A DNA stretch of 64,000 nucleotides, taken from positions 4,832,001 through 4,896,000 of the forward strand of contig CBDETK010000013.1 in assembly GCA_965242865.1 (NCBI GenBank), given 5' to 3'. Positions 8,733 through 18,322 of this stretch are shown piece by piece. Numbering within the stretch: the first letter of the stretch is position 1; each line of letters starts with the position of its first letter. Under the pieces are notes generated by a model, which made no database searches, was not told where the DNA came from, and saw only the letters and a program-made list of their open reading frames with translations. A program made the translations under genes and the position numbers. Origin of the DNA: Candidatus Latescibacterota bacterium (GTDB lineage Bacteria; Latescibacterota; UBA2968; UBA8231).

Positions 8733-10502
8733 ATGAGCACGCCCCAACAACAGGCCGAGGCTCTCGCGGCCGGGCTGTATGACCATCAGATCGAGGGCAT
8801 CGCCTTTTTGTTGGGTCGCCAGCGGGCGATCCTCGCCGACGACATGGGGTTGGGCAAGACGCGGCAGTCCGTGCTGGCCATGCGCCAAGCCCGCCCGGAG
8901 GGGCCGTACCTAGTCGTCTGCCCGGCTGCGGTTAAGACCAACTGGGTGCGCGAGATCGAATGGGTGCTGCCAGCGGCCGAGGTCGCCATCGTCGGCCCCG
9001 CACCCGCGCCGGCCCCCGGTTATAGCGGCTGGGTCGTCATCAACTACGACATCCTCGCCAAACACCCGCTGACAGCCCACGCTTGGAGCGGCTTAGTCTT
9101 TGACGAGGCCCACTATCTCAAAAACTACCGCAGCCAACGGCACCGCCTGTCGCTGGACTTGGTCAAAGCCGTTGGCGACGAGGCGGTGGTCCACCTTTTG
9201 ACCGGCACGCCGCTGACGAGCCGGCCGCGCGATCTCTTCCCCTTGTTGCAGTTGGTGCGCCACGCGCTCGGGCGTTCGTTCGTCGCGTTTGCCAAACGCT
9301 ATTGCGACGGGTACAAAGGCGACTACGGCTGGGTGGCCGATGGGGTCTCCAATATCGACGAATTGACCGTGCAGTTGCACGGCATCATGCTGCGCCGCAC
9401 CAAGGCCGAGGTGCTCGACCTGCCGCCCAAGATCCGCAGTTGGCTCGACGTGGAGGTCGCCAGCCGGGTGGCGCGCGAGATGAGCGAGGCGGTGATGGAG
9501 CTGTTGCACACCATCTCGCGCCGGGGCCGAGCCGAGCTCGCTGGCGAGACCGAGGCGGAGCGTCGCTCGCGCCAAGGCTGGATCATGGGCCAGCTAACCA
9601 CGGCGCGCAACCGCTTGGCCAGCACCAAGGTCCGCAGCACAATTCCCTTTGTGGAAAACGCGCTCGAACAGGGCGAGAAGGTGCTGGTCTTCTCGTGTTT
9701 TCTGGCGCCGGTCAACACGCTGCGCAAACACTTTGGCCCGCAGGCAGTCGCCATCACCGGCGAGGTGCCGGCGAGCGAGCGGCAACGCCTAGCCGACCGC
9801 TTTCAGCAGGACGACTCCGTGCAGGTGCTGGCCGCGCAGATTACGGCTGGGGGCGTCGGGCTCAACCTCACGGCCGCTCGGCAAGTGGTCTTCAACGATC
9901 TCGACTGGGCGCCGATTAACCACTGGCAGGCCGAGGACCGGGCGTACCGCATCGGGCAACGGCAAGCCGTGAACGTCACCTATATGGTCGGCAGCGGGAC
10001 CATCGACGAGTTCGTCAAGACGGTCCTCGAGACCAAGTCCACGCTGATCGACCAACTCGTCGAAGGCAGTGCCTTGCCCGAACACTTCCAGCGCGACGTG
10101 ATGGACGAGTTGCGGCGCGTAATGGAAGCGCTGCCCGCACCGTCCACTGGCGAGATGGGCGAGCGGCAAGTGGTGGAACTGTTGCGCGAGGCCGGGGCGG
10201 CCTTTGTCGCCGAGCAGCCTGCCGTTGATGCGCTGACCAAGGCGCGCTTGCCGTCGGCCGAGGCGGTGCGCGCGTTGGCCCGGGTGTTGGCCGGGCCGGA
10301 ACGGGCCTTGTACCGGGTGGATAGCTCGTCCAAGCCGGGGGCGTTCTACGAGCTGGAGGCGGTGGGAAGCGATGTAAGTTGCAGTTGTAAGGGGTTTGCT
10401 TATCGGGGGATTTGCCAACATGCGCGGGCGCTGAAGGAGGCGTTGGTCAAGGGGGAGGGCTTGCCGGAGGGATTTGTCGCCGGCCGTCAAGCCCCCGCTT
10501 AG
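8733..10502 (+). CDS. SNF2-family (HARP/SMARCAL1-like) ATPase with C-terminal SWIM zinc finger
   Basis: LADDMGLGKT, DEAH, LTGTP, GVGLNLT and QAEDRAYRIGQ. C-terminal CSCKGFAYRGICQH. Confidence 0.9.
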   Translation: MSTPQQQAEALAAGLYDHQIEGIAFLLGRQRAILADDMGLGKTRQSVLAMRQARPEGPYLVVCPAAVKTNWVREIEWVLPAAEVAIVGPAPAPAPGYSGWVVINYDILAKHPLTAHAWSGLVFDEAHYLKNYRSQRHRLSLDLVKAVGDEAVVHLLTGTPLTSRPRDLFPLLQLVRHALGRSFVAFAKRYCDGYKGDYGWVADGVSNIDELTVQLHGIMLRRTKAEVLDLPPKIRSWLDVEVASRVAREMSEAVMELLHTISRRGRAELAGETEAERRSRQGWIMGQLTTARNRLASTKVRSTIPFVENALEQGEKVLVFSCFLAPVNTLRKHFGPQAVAITGEVPASERQRLADRFQQDDSVQVLAAQITAGGVGLNLTAARQVVFNDLDWAPINHWQAEDRAYRIGQRQAVNVTYMVGSGTIDEFVKTVLETKSTLIDQLVEGSALPEHFQRDVMDELRRVMEALPAPSTGEMGERQVVELLREAGAAFVAEQPAVDALTKARLPSAEAVRALARVLAGPERALYRVDSSSKPGAFYELEAVGSDVSCSCKGFAYRGICQHARALKEALVKGEGLPEGFVAGRQAPA

Positions 10503-10641
10503 CAGTTTACAAGAGCCCCGCGATTGCTCATGGTTAATGCTCAGTGCGCTACACCAGCGACCAGCCTTCCGCCCGGACAGAACAGCAAGTGTATCCCCCG
10601 TCCGAAAGGCGTCGTGCAAAAGTGCTGAGAGGAGACCGCAG

Positions 10642-11358
10642 ATGACAAGCCGCCGCTGGCGCAAAGCCCAAGTCAGCGAACGCGACTGGTGGCAGTCCCG
10701 GGCCGCCGACATGGCGCTAGATTTCTACGCGGCCTTTGCCCAAGCCCTGCGCCGGGAGCTCGACGGTGTGCTCACCTTGACGGCCGACACCCGCATCCTA
10801 GAAATCGGCAGCGGTGCGGCCGGTATCCTCACCCATCTCAGCGAAAGCAACTACCGCCACGCGGTTGATCCGCTAGAGGATTTTTACGCCTCCATCGAAC
10901 GCTTTCGCGCCTTCCGCGATCCGGCCGTGCAGTACCACGCGGGCGCGGGCGAACAACTCGACTTCCCGGCCGACCACTTCGACTTAGTCATCATGGATAA
11001 TGTCCTCGACCATTGCGCCGACCCCGAGCAGGTCCTCCTTGAAATGCACCGCGTGCTCAAGCCGGAAGGCACGGCCTATTTCCGCCAGAACACGTACCAC
11101 CTTTGGGGTCGCTTGGTGCGCGGGCTGATGGAGTGCTTTCAGATAGACCGGGGGCATCCCCATACCTTTTCAAAGCGGTACTTACGGCGTCGCTTCGCTC
11201 GGCTAGGGCTGACAGTGCGCCGCTTTGAGCGCGGCGGCTATTGGGCCACTTGGCGCAAAGAAATCCGCTCATCCCGCCCGCTAGACCAAGCCAAAGCCCT
11301 GCTCTTAGCCACCCGAGACCGCACCCTGTACATCTTGCAAAAATCAGCGACGCCCTGA
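10642..11358 (+). CDS. Class I SAM-dependent methyltransferase
   Basis: ILEIGSGAAG, FDLVIMDNVLDH and HRVLKPEG. RBS GAGGAG. Confidence 0.85.
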   Translation: MTSRRWRKAQVSERDWWQSRAADMALDFYAAFAQALRRELDGVLTLTADTRILEIGSGAAGILTHLSESNYRHAVDPLEDFYASIERFRAFRDPAVQYHAGAGEQLDFPADHFDLVIMDNVLDHCADPEQVLLEMHRVLKPEGTAYFRQNTYHLWGRLVRGLMECFQIDRGHPHTFSKRYLRRRFARLGLTVRRFERGGYWATWRKEIRSSRPLDQAKALLLATRDRTLYILQKSATP

Positions 11359-11429
11359 ACGTTCCGAGGTGGACGCGGCGGCTGTTTATAGGTAGGTATA
11401 TTGTGGACGCGTTGGCCCTTGGAGTAATC

Positions 11430-12554
11430 ATGCCCTACGATATATCGAAAGAAAAAAGGGATTGGTACCGGGAGATTGCTGCGCGATCTAGACAAAGAAA
11501 AAAAGCCGCGATCCGCGGTGAACTTGAGCGCGCCTCAAGCAGAATGAATAAACCCGTTCTGGAACCCAGTGCCCTAATGCCCCAACATCGCCCACAAGGC
11601 TTGCGGGCGATGTCCCTGTTTTCGGGGGGTGGCGGCTTGGACCTCGGGTTTGAGCGAGCCGGGTTTGAGCATGTTGTCAGTTGCGACCTATTGGATATTT
11701 GCGGTGCCACGCTGCGGCGCAATCGCCCCCAATGGAAGGTGCTGGCGGGTCTAGCTGGTGATGTGACAAAGGTCCATTGGGCCGCCTATAAAGGCACTGT
11801 CGATCTCATCCACGGCGGCCCTCCATGCCAGCCTTTTTCGGTAGCTGGCAGACAAGGTGGAAGCGAGGATACTAGAGATATGTGGCCGGCGTTTATCGAC
11901 GCCGTGCTGGCGGTCCAGCCCGATGCGTTCGTAGCCGAAAACGTTCCGGGACTGCTCAACCCTAAGTTCAATAAATATGTGAACAAGGCGATCCTAGCGC
12001 CGTTAGAGCCAAGTTATCACATCGCCAAGTTCAAGGCCGTTGCCTCTGAGTTTGGCGTCCCTCAAGTGCGAAAGCGGGTCATTTTCGTCGGGTTTAGATC
12101 GCCCAAAGCCGCCCGCGAATTCGAGGTTCCACCGGCAACGCACTTTCTCAACGACAGTCTGTTTGCATCGGGGCACTGGGCGCTGGGTGCTAGGGCGGCT
12201 TTGGGCTTAGACGACATTGGATTCGATTGCTTCGCGCCGACTCTCCGCTCTGGCTTTACTGGCCCGAGAAAAACGACGAGTGTTCTCAACAGCAAGGCGA
12301 GTCAAAAGGTTTGGCAAAGGCTACAGATTTGGCCGAATGGCGTCCAAAAGTCGAGAGAGGAAGCCGCGATGTTCCCTCCCGAAAACGGACACTTCCGGCT
12401 TTCCGTCCAAGACTGTGCCCTCCTGCAAGGGTTTCCAGCCGATTGGCTCTTCGCCGGTGCTGTGTACCAAATCCTTGGGCAAATCGGCAATTCCGTTTGT
12501 CCGCCGGTGGGTTATGCTATCGCAAAATCCGTAGCGAGCGCGTTGAGGGCCTAA
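11430..12554 (+). CDS. DNA (cytosine-C5) methyltransferase
   Basis: Motifs LFSGGGG, GGPPCQ, ENV, QVRKR, LQGFP and QIGNSV. RBS GGAG before ATG 11430. Confidence 0.93.
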   Translation: MPYDISKEKRDWYREIAARSRQRKKAAIRGELERASSRMNKPVLEPSALMPQHRPQGLRAMSLFSGGGGLDLGFERAGFEHVVSCDLLDICGATLRRNRPQWKVLAGLAGDVTKVHWAAYKGTVDLIHGGPPCQPFSVAGRQGGSEDTRDMWPAFIDAVLAVQPDAFVAENVPGLLNPKFNKYVNKAILAPLEPSYHIAKFKAVASEFGVPQVRKRVIFVGFRSPKAAREFEVPPATHFLNDSLFASGHWALGARAALGLDDIGFDCFAPTLRSGFTGPRKTTSVLNSKASQKVWQRLQIWPNGVQKSREEAAMFPPENGHFRLSVQDCALLQGFPADWLFAGAVYQILGQIGNSVCPPVGYAIAKSVASALRA

Positions 12555-13253
12555 ATGGCTGTCCAAGACGATAGACGAGAAAAGGAAATGTGCCGGCTCT
12601 TGGGCTTGCGAGAGGGAGCAGGTCGCTCCGATGTGGACGCATTCTTTGACTTTGAAGCGTACTTTGCGCCCATAGAACTCAAATCGACGACGACAGGCTC
12701 TGTTTCAACTGCAAGAGATGTAGGCCCCACTCACATAGCAAAGTGGCGATACCGAATATGGGTTTTCGGTTTTTACGACATCTCGGGAACCGCTCTACAG
12801 AAATTACTCGCACTTGGGCCTAATGAAATGGAAAGCTGGATTGCAGAAATTGAGCTATATATTAAACCTGACCTTGCGATAGGAGACCGCGTGGCAGAGA
12901 AACTTGACTTTGAAGACTTGTACATTGTATGCAAAGAAAAGAGCAAGTACAGCTTAGAGGACGCCAAGTCCCTTCACAAGCGACAGTGGAACCAAGAGAA
13001 GTATCGTTCGGAAATGGATGATGCGAATGGTTATACCCCGGCGAAAATGCTCGAAATTCTCAAGTTGCGAGCCATTTATCTCAACCAGCGCGGTTCAACT
13101 CTGAATAACCCACATATCCCGAAGTCGTTCTTTGCAAACTTCAGGGACCGAATGATCGACGCGGTACATTGCAGGGCAGATGCCCGAGCTGCTATCCACC
13201 AGACGCTACGCGACATAACGCTTGCCAACGAGACATTGCAGTGGACTCGATAA
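12555..13253 (+). CDS. Putative type II restriction endonuclease (PD-(D/E)XK-like)
   Basis: Starts immediately after the MTase stop. DVDAFF...IELKS acidic/ExK motif. Lower GC than the flanks. Confidence 0.6.
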   Translation: MAVQDDRREKEMCRLLGLREGAGRSDVDAFFDFEAYFAPIELKSTTTGSVSTARDVGPTHIAKWRYRIWVFGFYDISGTALQKLLALGPNEMESWIAEIELYIKPDLAIGDRVAEKLDFEDLYIVCKEKSKYSLEDAKSLHKRQWNQEKYRSEMDDANGYTPAKMLEILKLRAIYLNQRGSTLNNPHIPKSFFANFRDRMIDAVHCRADARAAIHQTLRDITLANETLQWTR

Positions 13254-13278
13254 TTCACTCTTAGCAAGGATCCTACAG

Positions 13279-13923
13279 ATGGCCTTTGAAATTTTCGACT
13301 TTCGCAAAGACGAGCACATCAAAAACCTGCTCGTCACCCCTCACATCCGCTCTCGCTTTCTCCGCATGCAGCCGGGCGCGGTGGCCGATCTGCACAGCCA
13401 CGATCTCGGCCACGAAATTTTCCTCATCCTGCAAGGCCGCTGCGTCTTTCACATCGCCGGCAGCGAACAGGAGCTGGGCGCAGGTCAGCTTTGCGTTGCC
13501 CTCGCCGATGAAATCCATCAGGTGCGGGCCATCGGCGACGAGCCCATGGTCATGTACCTGTCGGTAACGCCCCACATCCAGCCGACCCACACCGGTCGCG
13601 ACCCCGATGGCACCCGCCACCCGACCCGCTTCCAGCCCGCTAGCGCGTACGATGTGGAGACGGATGCCGACACGCCCATCGACGACCTCATCGACCAATT
13701 CACGGTCGCGGCGGACGCCTTGGCCCGCGCAGCCAGCGACCAAGCGACCGCACAACGCGAACGGAGCGGCCAACTCAAGGCAGCCCTCGCGGCCAGCGAC
13801 CAAGCACAGGCCACCGAGCTGCGCGAAGCTATGTGGCAAGAGGTGTATCAGAGCTTCAAGCGAGCCTACGCCTTGGCCGATCTCTGGAACGACCTGACGC
13901 CCCGCGTCGGAAAGGTGGGGTGA
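13279..13923 (+). CDS. Cupin-domain protein with helical C-terminal extension
   Basis: HSHDLGHE...EIHQV metal-binding cupin motifs. Confidence 0.8.
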   Translation: MAFEIFDFRKDEHIKNLLVTPHIRSRFLRMQPGAVADLHSHDLGHEIFLILQGRCVFHIAGSEQELGAGQLCVALADEIHQVRAIGDEPMVMYLSVTPHIQPTHTGRDPDGTRHPTRFQPASAYDVETDADTPIDDLIDQFTVAADALARAASDQATAQRERSGQLKAALAASDQAQATELREAMWQEVYQSFKRAYALADLWNDLTPRVGKVG

Positions 13924-13924
13924 C

Positions 13925-14995
13925 ATGGCCCCCATCCGCATCGGCGTAGTGGGCTGCGGCGCCGTCGCCCAAGTCCAGCACCTGCCCAACCTCGCCGCGC
14001 TCAAGGACCTGTTTTCCGTAGAGATGGTCTGCGACCTCTCGCCGCGCTTGGCGCAGACGGTGGCGCGAGAGTTTTACGTGCCGCACCACACCTGCGACTG
14101 GCGTGCATTGCTCGCCGCCGACCTCGACGCGGTGCTCTTGTGCCACACCGACCCCAAGACCGAGATCGCGGTCGCCGCCTTTGAGGCCGGCAAGCATGTC
14201 TTCGTTGAAAAGCCGATCTGCTTCTCCCTGCAAGAGGCCGACCGGATCATGGCCGCTCGGCAGGCGGCGGGCACGGTGGGCTTGGCCGGTTATATGAAGG
14301 TGTACGATCCGGCCTTTGAGGCGGCCGCACGCGCAACCGCCGACATGGGTGCGATCCGCTTCGCCCAGATCCACCACCTGCACACCAACAACGCGCATCA
14401 CCTCGCGCACTTCCGCCTGCACCGGGCCGACGATCTGCCCGCGGATGCCGTTGAGCAGACGCGGGCGGCCCGCACGGCGGCCGTGCGCCAAGCCATCGGC
14501 GAGGTCTCCGCCGACGTGCAGGCGGCCTTTGGCCACCTCGCCGGCAGCATGATCCACGACCTCTATGGCCTGCGCGCCATCATGGGCGTACCCGACCGGG
14601 TCGCCAGCACCGAAATCTGGTACGAAGGCTGGGGCGTCAGCACCATGCTCGTTTATGCAAACGGTGCTCGGTGTGCGGCCACTTGGGTTGAGTTGAAGGA
14701 TGTGCGCGATTTCAAGGAGACCCTCGAAGTCTGCGGGGACGACCGCCGCGTCCTGCTTTCTTATCCGACCGGCTTTTCGCGGGGGATCCTCTCCACCTTG
14801 GAGATTCAGACCCTCGACGAGGCCGGGGAGGCCATCGTCCACCGCCCGGCCATCGCGTGGGAAGGCCCCTTCGTCCGCGAGTTAAAGCACTTCCACGCCT
14901 GCATCGCCGAGGGGGCCAAGCCGCGCACTCCCTTGGAAGAGGCCCGCTGCGACATCGCCCTAATCATCGACATCGTCAAAGCCTATAGGGGTTAG
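13925..14995 (+). CDS. Gfo/Idh/MocA oxidoreductase
   Basis: IGVVGCGAVA and AGKHVFVEKP. Confidence 0.9.
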   Translation: MAPIRIGVVGCGAVAQVQHLPNLAALKDLFSVEMVCDLSPRLAQTVAREFYVPHHTCDWRALLAADLDAVLLCHTDPKTEIAVAAFEAGKHVFVEKPICFSLQEADRIMAARQAAGTVGLAGYMKVYDPAFEAAARATADMGAIRFAQIHHLHTNNAHHLAHFRLHRADDLPADAVEQTRAARTAAVRQAIGEVSADVQAAFGHLAGSMIHDLYGLRAIMGVPDRVASTEIWYEGWGVSTMLVYANGARCAATWVELKDVRDFKETLEVCGDDRRVLLSYPTGFSRGILSTLEIQTLDEAGEAIVHRPAIAWEGPFVRELKHFHACIAEGAKPRTPLEEARCDIALIIDIVKAYRG

Positions 14996-15103
14996 TTTCT
15001 TCCGCTCTCCATCCTAGGGCTATAAACGACAATATCGAGATGTTCGTCGCTCATGTCCGATTATTCTGAGAATTTAATGGAGATGAGACTGAATAGCATA
15101 CAC

Positions 15104-15913
15104 TCAATCGGCGAAATACGCCCGCATCTTCTCCAAACCAACCCGGGCGACAGCCGCCGGATCTTGCGCCCACAGCCCCGGATTAAACAACTCCAGCGAC
15201 ACAAACCCCTCGTAGCCCTGCGCTCGCGCCAGCCGCTCGATCGCGCGCAACGGCCCGGCCCCGTCGCCCGGCATCACCCGGTCGGCGTCGCTTTGCTCGG
15301 CAAAAGGCTTGTCGCCCGGCGCGTCGTTCCAGTGCCAGACCGCGACCTTGTCGCCCGGCACCTTGGCAATGCTCTCGATGGGGCCGCCGCCGCGCAGGAT
15401 GTGGAACGGGTCCATGACCAAACTGGCATCGGCATGATCGGCGTCTTCGGCAATCTGCCAAGCTTGGTCAATGGTATGCACGCTTTGCACAAAGCCTAAG
15501 TACTCCATCGCGGGGCGCACGCCGATTTCCCGGCCCAGCTCCAGCAAGGCGCGGTACTCGGCCCCGCCCCGGCTCAGGTCGCAGGACGTCAGCGGTGGGC
15601 TGGCGACTATAAACTCGGCCCCCACCGCTGCGGCCTGCGCCAGCCGCCGCCGAACCTCCTCCATAGCCGGCCCCCGCGCCGCGCCCTCAACCCCCAACCA
15701 GCCGTGCAGCGCGATGACGGTCGGCACCGCCAGCCCGTAGTCGGCCAGTGCCTGCCGCACATCGGCGAGCGAACCGCCCTGCTGCTCGTGCGCGGTCAAG
15801 TCGTCGTTCCACAGCTCAATGCCCCGGTAGCCGGTCTGCCCGGCAATGCGGATTTTCTCCAGCAGCGCCGCCGGACGGATCGTCGATGTGTTGAGCGCGT
15901 ATTGCACCGTCAT
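15104..15913 (-). CDS. Sugar phosphate isomerase/epimerase (xylose isomerase-like TIM barrel)
   Basis: GYRGIELW, MEYLG, MDPFH, HWND, PGDG and SLELF. Confidence 0.88.
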   Translation of the reverse strand: MTVQYALNTSTIRPAALLEKIRIAGQTGYRGIELWNDDLTAHEQQGGSLADVRQALADYGLAVPTVIALHGWLGVEGAARGPAMEEVRRRLAQAAAVGAEFIVASPPLTSCDLSRGGAEYRALLELGREIGVRPAMEYLGFVQSVHTIDQAWQIAEDADHADASLVMDPFHILRGGGPIESIAKVPGDKVAVWHWNDAPGDKPFAEQSDADRVMPGDGAGPLRAIERLARAQGYEGFVSLELFNPGLWAQDPAAVARVGLEKMRAYFAD

Positions 15914-15935
15914 GTTGTTTCCTTTCTCGCTTTTG

Positions 15936-16958
15936 TTAAGCCACGCATAAAAAATCCCGCCCCTCTGTCAGCCCCAATCCAGCCAACGCTTGCCGAATCA
16001 GGGCTCGCGCCCCCCGCGACGCCACCGCCGCCAAGAGGATCGGCCGCTCGTGCCGCCCCCACCAAGCCGGCAAGTCTTCCGGCCCGAGCACCGGCTTGCG
16101 CCGCAAGGTGCCGCCGATTTTTTGGGGGGCAATATCGACAAATACATTGGGAGCCCGGCCTTCGCGCTCCAAGTGTTTGGCGAGCCGCCGGCCGGTCTTG
16201 CCCGCGCCCCAAACGGCCAGCCCGTCCCGCTCTTGCAGCGGCCCGGCGCAAAGATAGTGCGCTTTGGCGCGGAGGAAGTTTTCCACCGAGTAGCGGCCCT
16301 GTACGTGCGTGGCTCGCTGCGGGTGCTCGCGCCAGTAGTGCAAGACCTCCGGCACCTTGGCAAAGCGCCGGCCCGCCGCCCGATAGCGCAGCCACAGATC
16401 GTAGTCCTCCGGCCAGCCCCGCTCTTGGTAGCCCCCCAAGGCCACCAGTTCCTCGCGGCGCATCATGGCCGACGGATTGGCGATGGGACTCTCGATAAAA
16501 AACTCTCGTTCAATCGCCGCGCCATCCACCAAGCCGTTTAACCAAGCTTCGTACCCCAACATCCCCTCCCCGGTTGCCGCCCGCGGAAAGATCTCCACCA
16601 GACAGCTCACTACGCTCAAGCCGCGATCGGCTTCCAACCACGCGCGTTGTTTTTCCAAGCGCTCGGGGTGCATCCGGTCGTCGGCGTCCATGCGCGCCAC
16701 GTACTCGCCCCGACACCAGACCAAGCCCCGGTTCGGGGCCTTGACAATCCCTCCGTGGGCGGCGAGCAACGCCCGAAAGCGGCTATCGCGGCAGCTCCAT
16801 TCCAAGAGGATGTCGCCACTCTCGTCCTCTGAGCCGTCGTCTATGCCCACGACCTCAAAATCTTCCCAGCTCTGTGCTTGGATGCTGGCCAACGTTTCCG
16901 TCAGGGTGGCGGCCGCATTGAACACGGGCAGGAGTACGGATATGCGGGGCGTTTTCAT
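15936..16958 (-). CDS. Glycosyltransferase family 2
   Basis: ISVLLPVFN, DDGSED, RMDADD and EDYDLWLR. Confidence 0.9.
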   Translation of the reverse strand: MKTPRISVLLPVFNAAATLTETLASIQAQSWEDFEVVGIDDGSEDESGDILLEWSCRDSRFRALLAAHGGIVKAPNRGLVWCRGEYVARMDADDRMHPERLEKQRAWLEADRGLSVVSCLVEIFPRAATGEGMLGYEAWLNGLVDGAAIEREFFIESPIANPSAMMRREELVALGGYQERGWPEDYDLWLRYRAAGRRFAKVPEVLHYWREHPQRATHVQGRYSVENFLRAKAHYLCAGPLQERDGLAVWGAGKTGRRLAKHLEREGRAPNVFVDIAPQKIGGTLRRKPVLGPEDLPAWWGRHERPILLAAVASRGARALIRQALAGLGLTEGRDFLCVA

Positions 16959-17045
16959 GGTTCTGCTGTTTCCGCTGCGCCCTTGCTGGAGGGCGTCCCG
17001 TCGGTGCTTGACATTCTTTTGCTCAATGCCCGATTTTTAATCGCT

Positions 17046-17807
17046 ATGATACATCTCAAATCGCCCTTGGAAATCGACCGCATCCGCGCCAGTTGCCGCA
17101 TCGCGGCCGAAGCCATGCTCCGCGTTGAAGAAGCCCTCGCGCCCGGGGTCACCACCCGCCACCTAGACCGCATTGCCGACCGCTACATCCGCGGCCAAGG
17201 AGCCGTTGCCAGTGCCTTGGGCTACCGCGGCTTTCCCCGCAGCATCTGCGTCTCAGTCAACGACGAAGTCGTCCACGGCATCCCGGGCGACCGCGTCGTG
17301 CGAGCAGGGGACATCCTCGCCGTTGACATTGCGGTTAAAAAGGATGGCTTTCACGGCGACATGAACGTCACCATGAAAGCTGGCTGCGTATCCCCCCAAA
17401 CCCAACGCCTGCTCGACGCCACGCGCCAGAGCTTGGAGGAGGGATTGGCCGCCTGCACGCCCGGGCGACGCCTCGGCGACATTGGCCACGCCATCCAAAG
17501 CTATGTCGAAGCGCGCGGCTTTTCCATCGTGCGCACGTACTGCGGGCACGGCATTGGCCGCAACTTCCACGAGGAACCCCAGTTGCTCCACTACGGCAAG
17601 GCCGGCACGGGCCGCCGCTTGCAAACCGGCATGGTCTTCACCATCGAGCCAATGGTCAACGAGGGCGGCCACGACACCCGCGTCCTCGACGACGACTGGA
17701 CGGCCGTCACGGCCGACGGCAAGCTCTCGGCGCAATACGAGCACACCGTGGCCGTCACCCACAACGGGCCGGACGTGCTGTCGCGCTTTGCCGATCTGCC
17801 GTACTGA
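17046..17807 (+). CDS. map: Methionine aminopeptidase type I
   Basis: CVSVNDEVVHGIP, FHGD, GHGIG, TIEPM and SAQYEHT. Confidence 0.95.
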   Translation: MIHLKSPLEIDRIRASCRIAAEAMLRVEEALAPGVTTRHLDRIADRYIRGQGAVASALGYRGFPRSICVSVNDEVVHGIPGDRVVRAGDILAVDIAVKKDGFHGDMNVTMKAGCVSPQTQRLLDATRQSLEEGLAACTPGRRLGDIGHAIQSYVEARGFSIVRTYCGHGIGRNFHEEPQLLHYGKAGTGRRLQTGMVFTIEPMVNEGGHDTRVLDDDWTAVTADGKLSAQYEHTVAVTHNGPDVLSRFADLPY

Positions 17808-17863
17808 GTTGCCGAGCGGCGGCATTTTCTTATTTTTTAAGTTCATTTCGCAAGGAGAACAGC

Positions 17864-18157
17864 ATGGCAAGGCCAGCAAAAACCCAATCCAACGTCGACG
17901 ACGATAACACTGAATTTTCGTTTGACCCCGGCACGCAGATCGAGCTAGAACTCGAAGACACCTGCTGCGTCACGGGCGAGGAGGTCAAATTCAGCTTTTG
18001 TCGCTTCCCCGACTACAAAAGCGGCACCCTGATGGTCATGTCCAAGCGCGCAATGCTCGAGCACCTGCGCGCCGGCGACTCCATCGCCAAGTTCAAAGAG
18101 GTGCTGGTCCAGCGCCACGGCGAGCAAGTCTTAGCCGAGCACTACTCCAACCACTAG
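17864..18157 (+). CDS. Hypothetical 97-aa protein
   Basis: RBS AAGGAGA, high-GC3 codon usage, and a hairpin downstream. Confidence 0.7.
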   Translation: MARPAKTQSNVDDDNTEFSFDPGTQIELELEDTCCVTGEEVKFSFCRFPDYKSGTLMVMSKRAMLEHLRAGDSIAKFKEVLVQRHGEQVLAEHYSNH

Positions 18158-18181
18158 CGCAACGCGCCACATCTACAGGCA

Positions 18182-18217
18182 AAGAAGGGATGGTCCCACA
18201 GCGGACCATCCCTTCTT
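18182..18217. terminator. Hairpin between convergent genes
   Basis: 15-bp perfect stem AAGAAGGGATGGTCC / GGACCATCCCTTCTT with a 6-nt loop. Confidence 0.75.
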
Positions 18218-18240
18218 GTGCGATAGTAATCCTACGTCCT

Positions 18241-18299
18241 TCAAGACTGGATTCCCGCCCCGTGTCGGAGCACGGGGTGACGTTCTTTCGCGGGATGAC
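18241..18299 (-). repeat. REP-like element with a second hairpin nested inside
   Basis: Minus strand reads GTCATCCCGCGAAAG-AACGTCACCCCGTGCTCCGACACGGG-GCGGGAATCCAGTCTTGA. Confidence 0.6.
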
Positions 18300-18322
18300 G
18301 ACTCGTAGGCAAAAAGACCGCG

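Noticed and set aside
10503-10641. Leader upstream of the methyltransferase as a possible riboswitch
   Set aside because: I could not match SAM, c-di-GMP or other consensus elements. An Rfam/Infernal search would decide.
14996-15103. AT-rich spacer with a weak inverted repeat (TCTCCAT / ATGGAGA) as a MITE
   Set aside because: Only about 7 bp match, there is no target duplication, and there is no second copy in the window.
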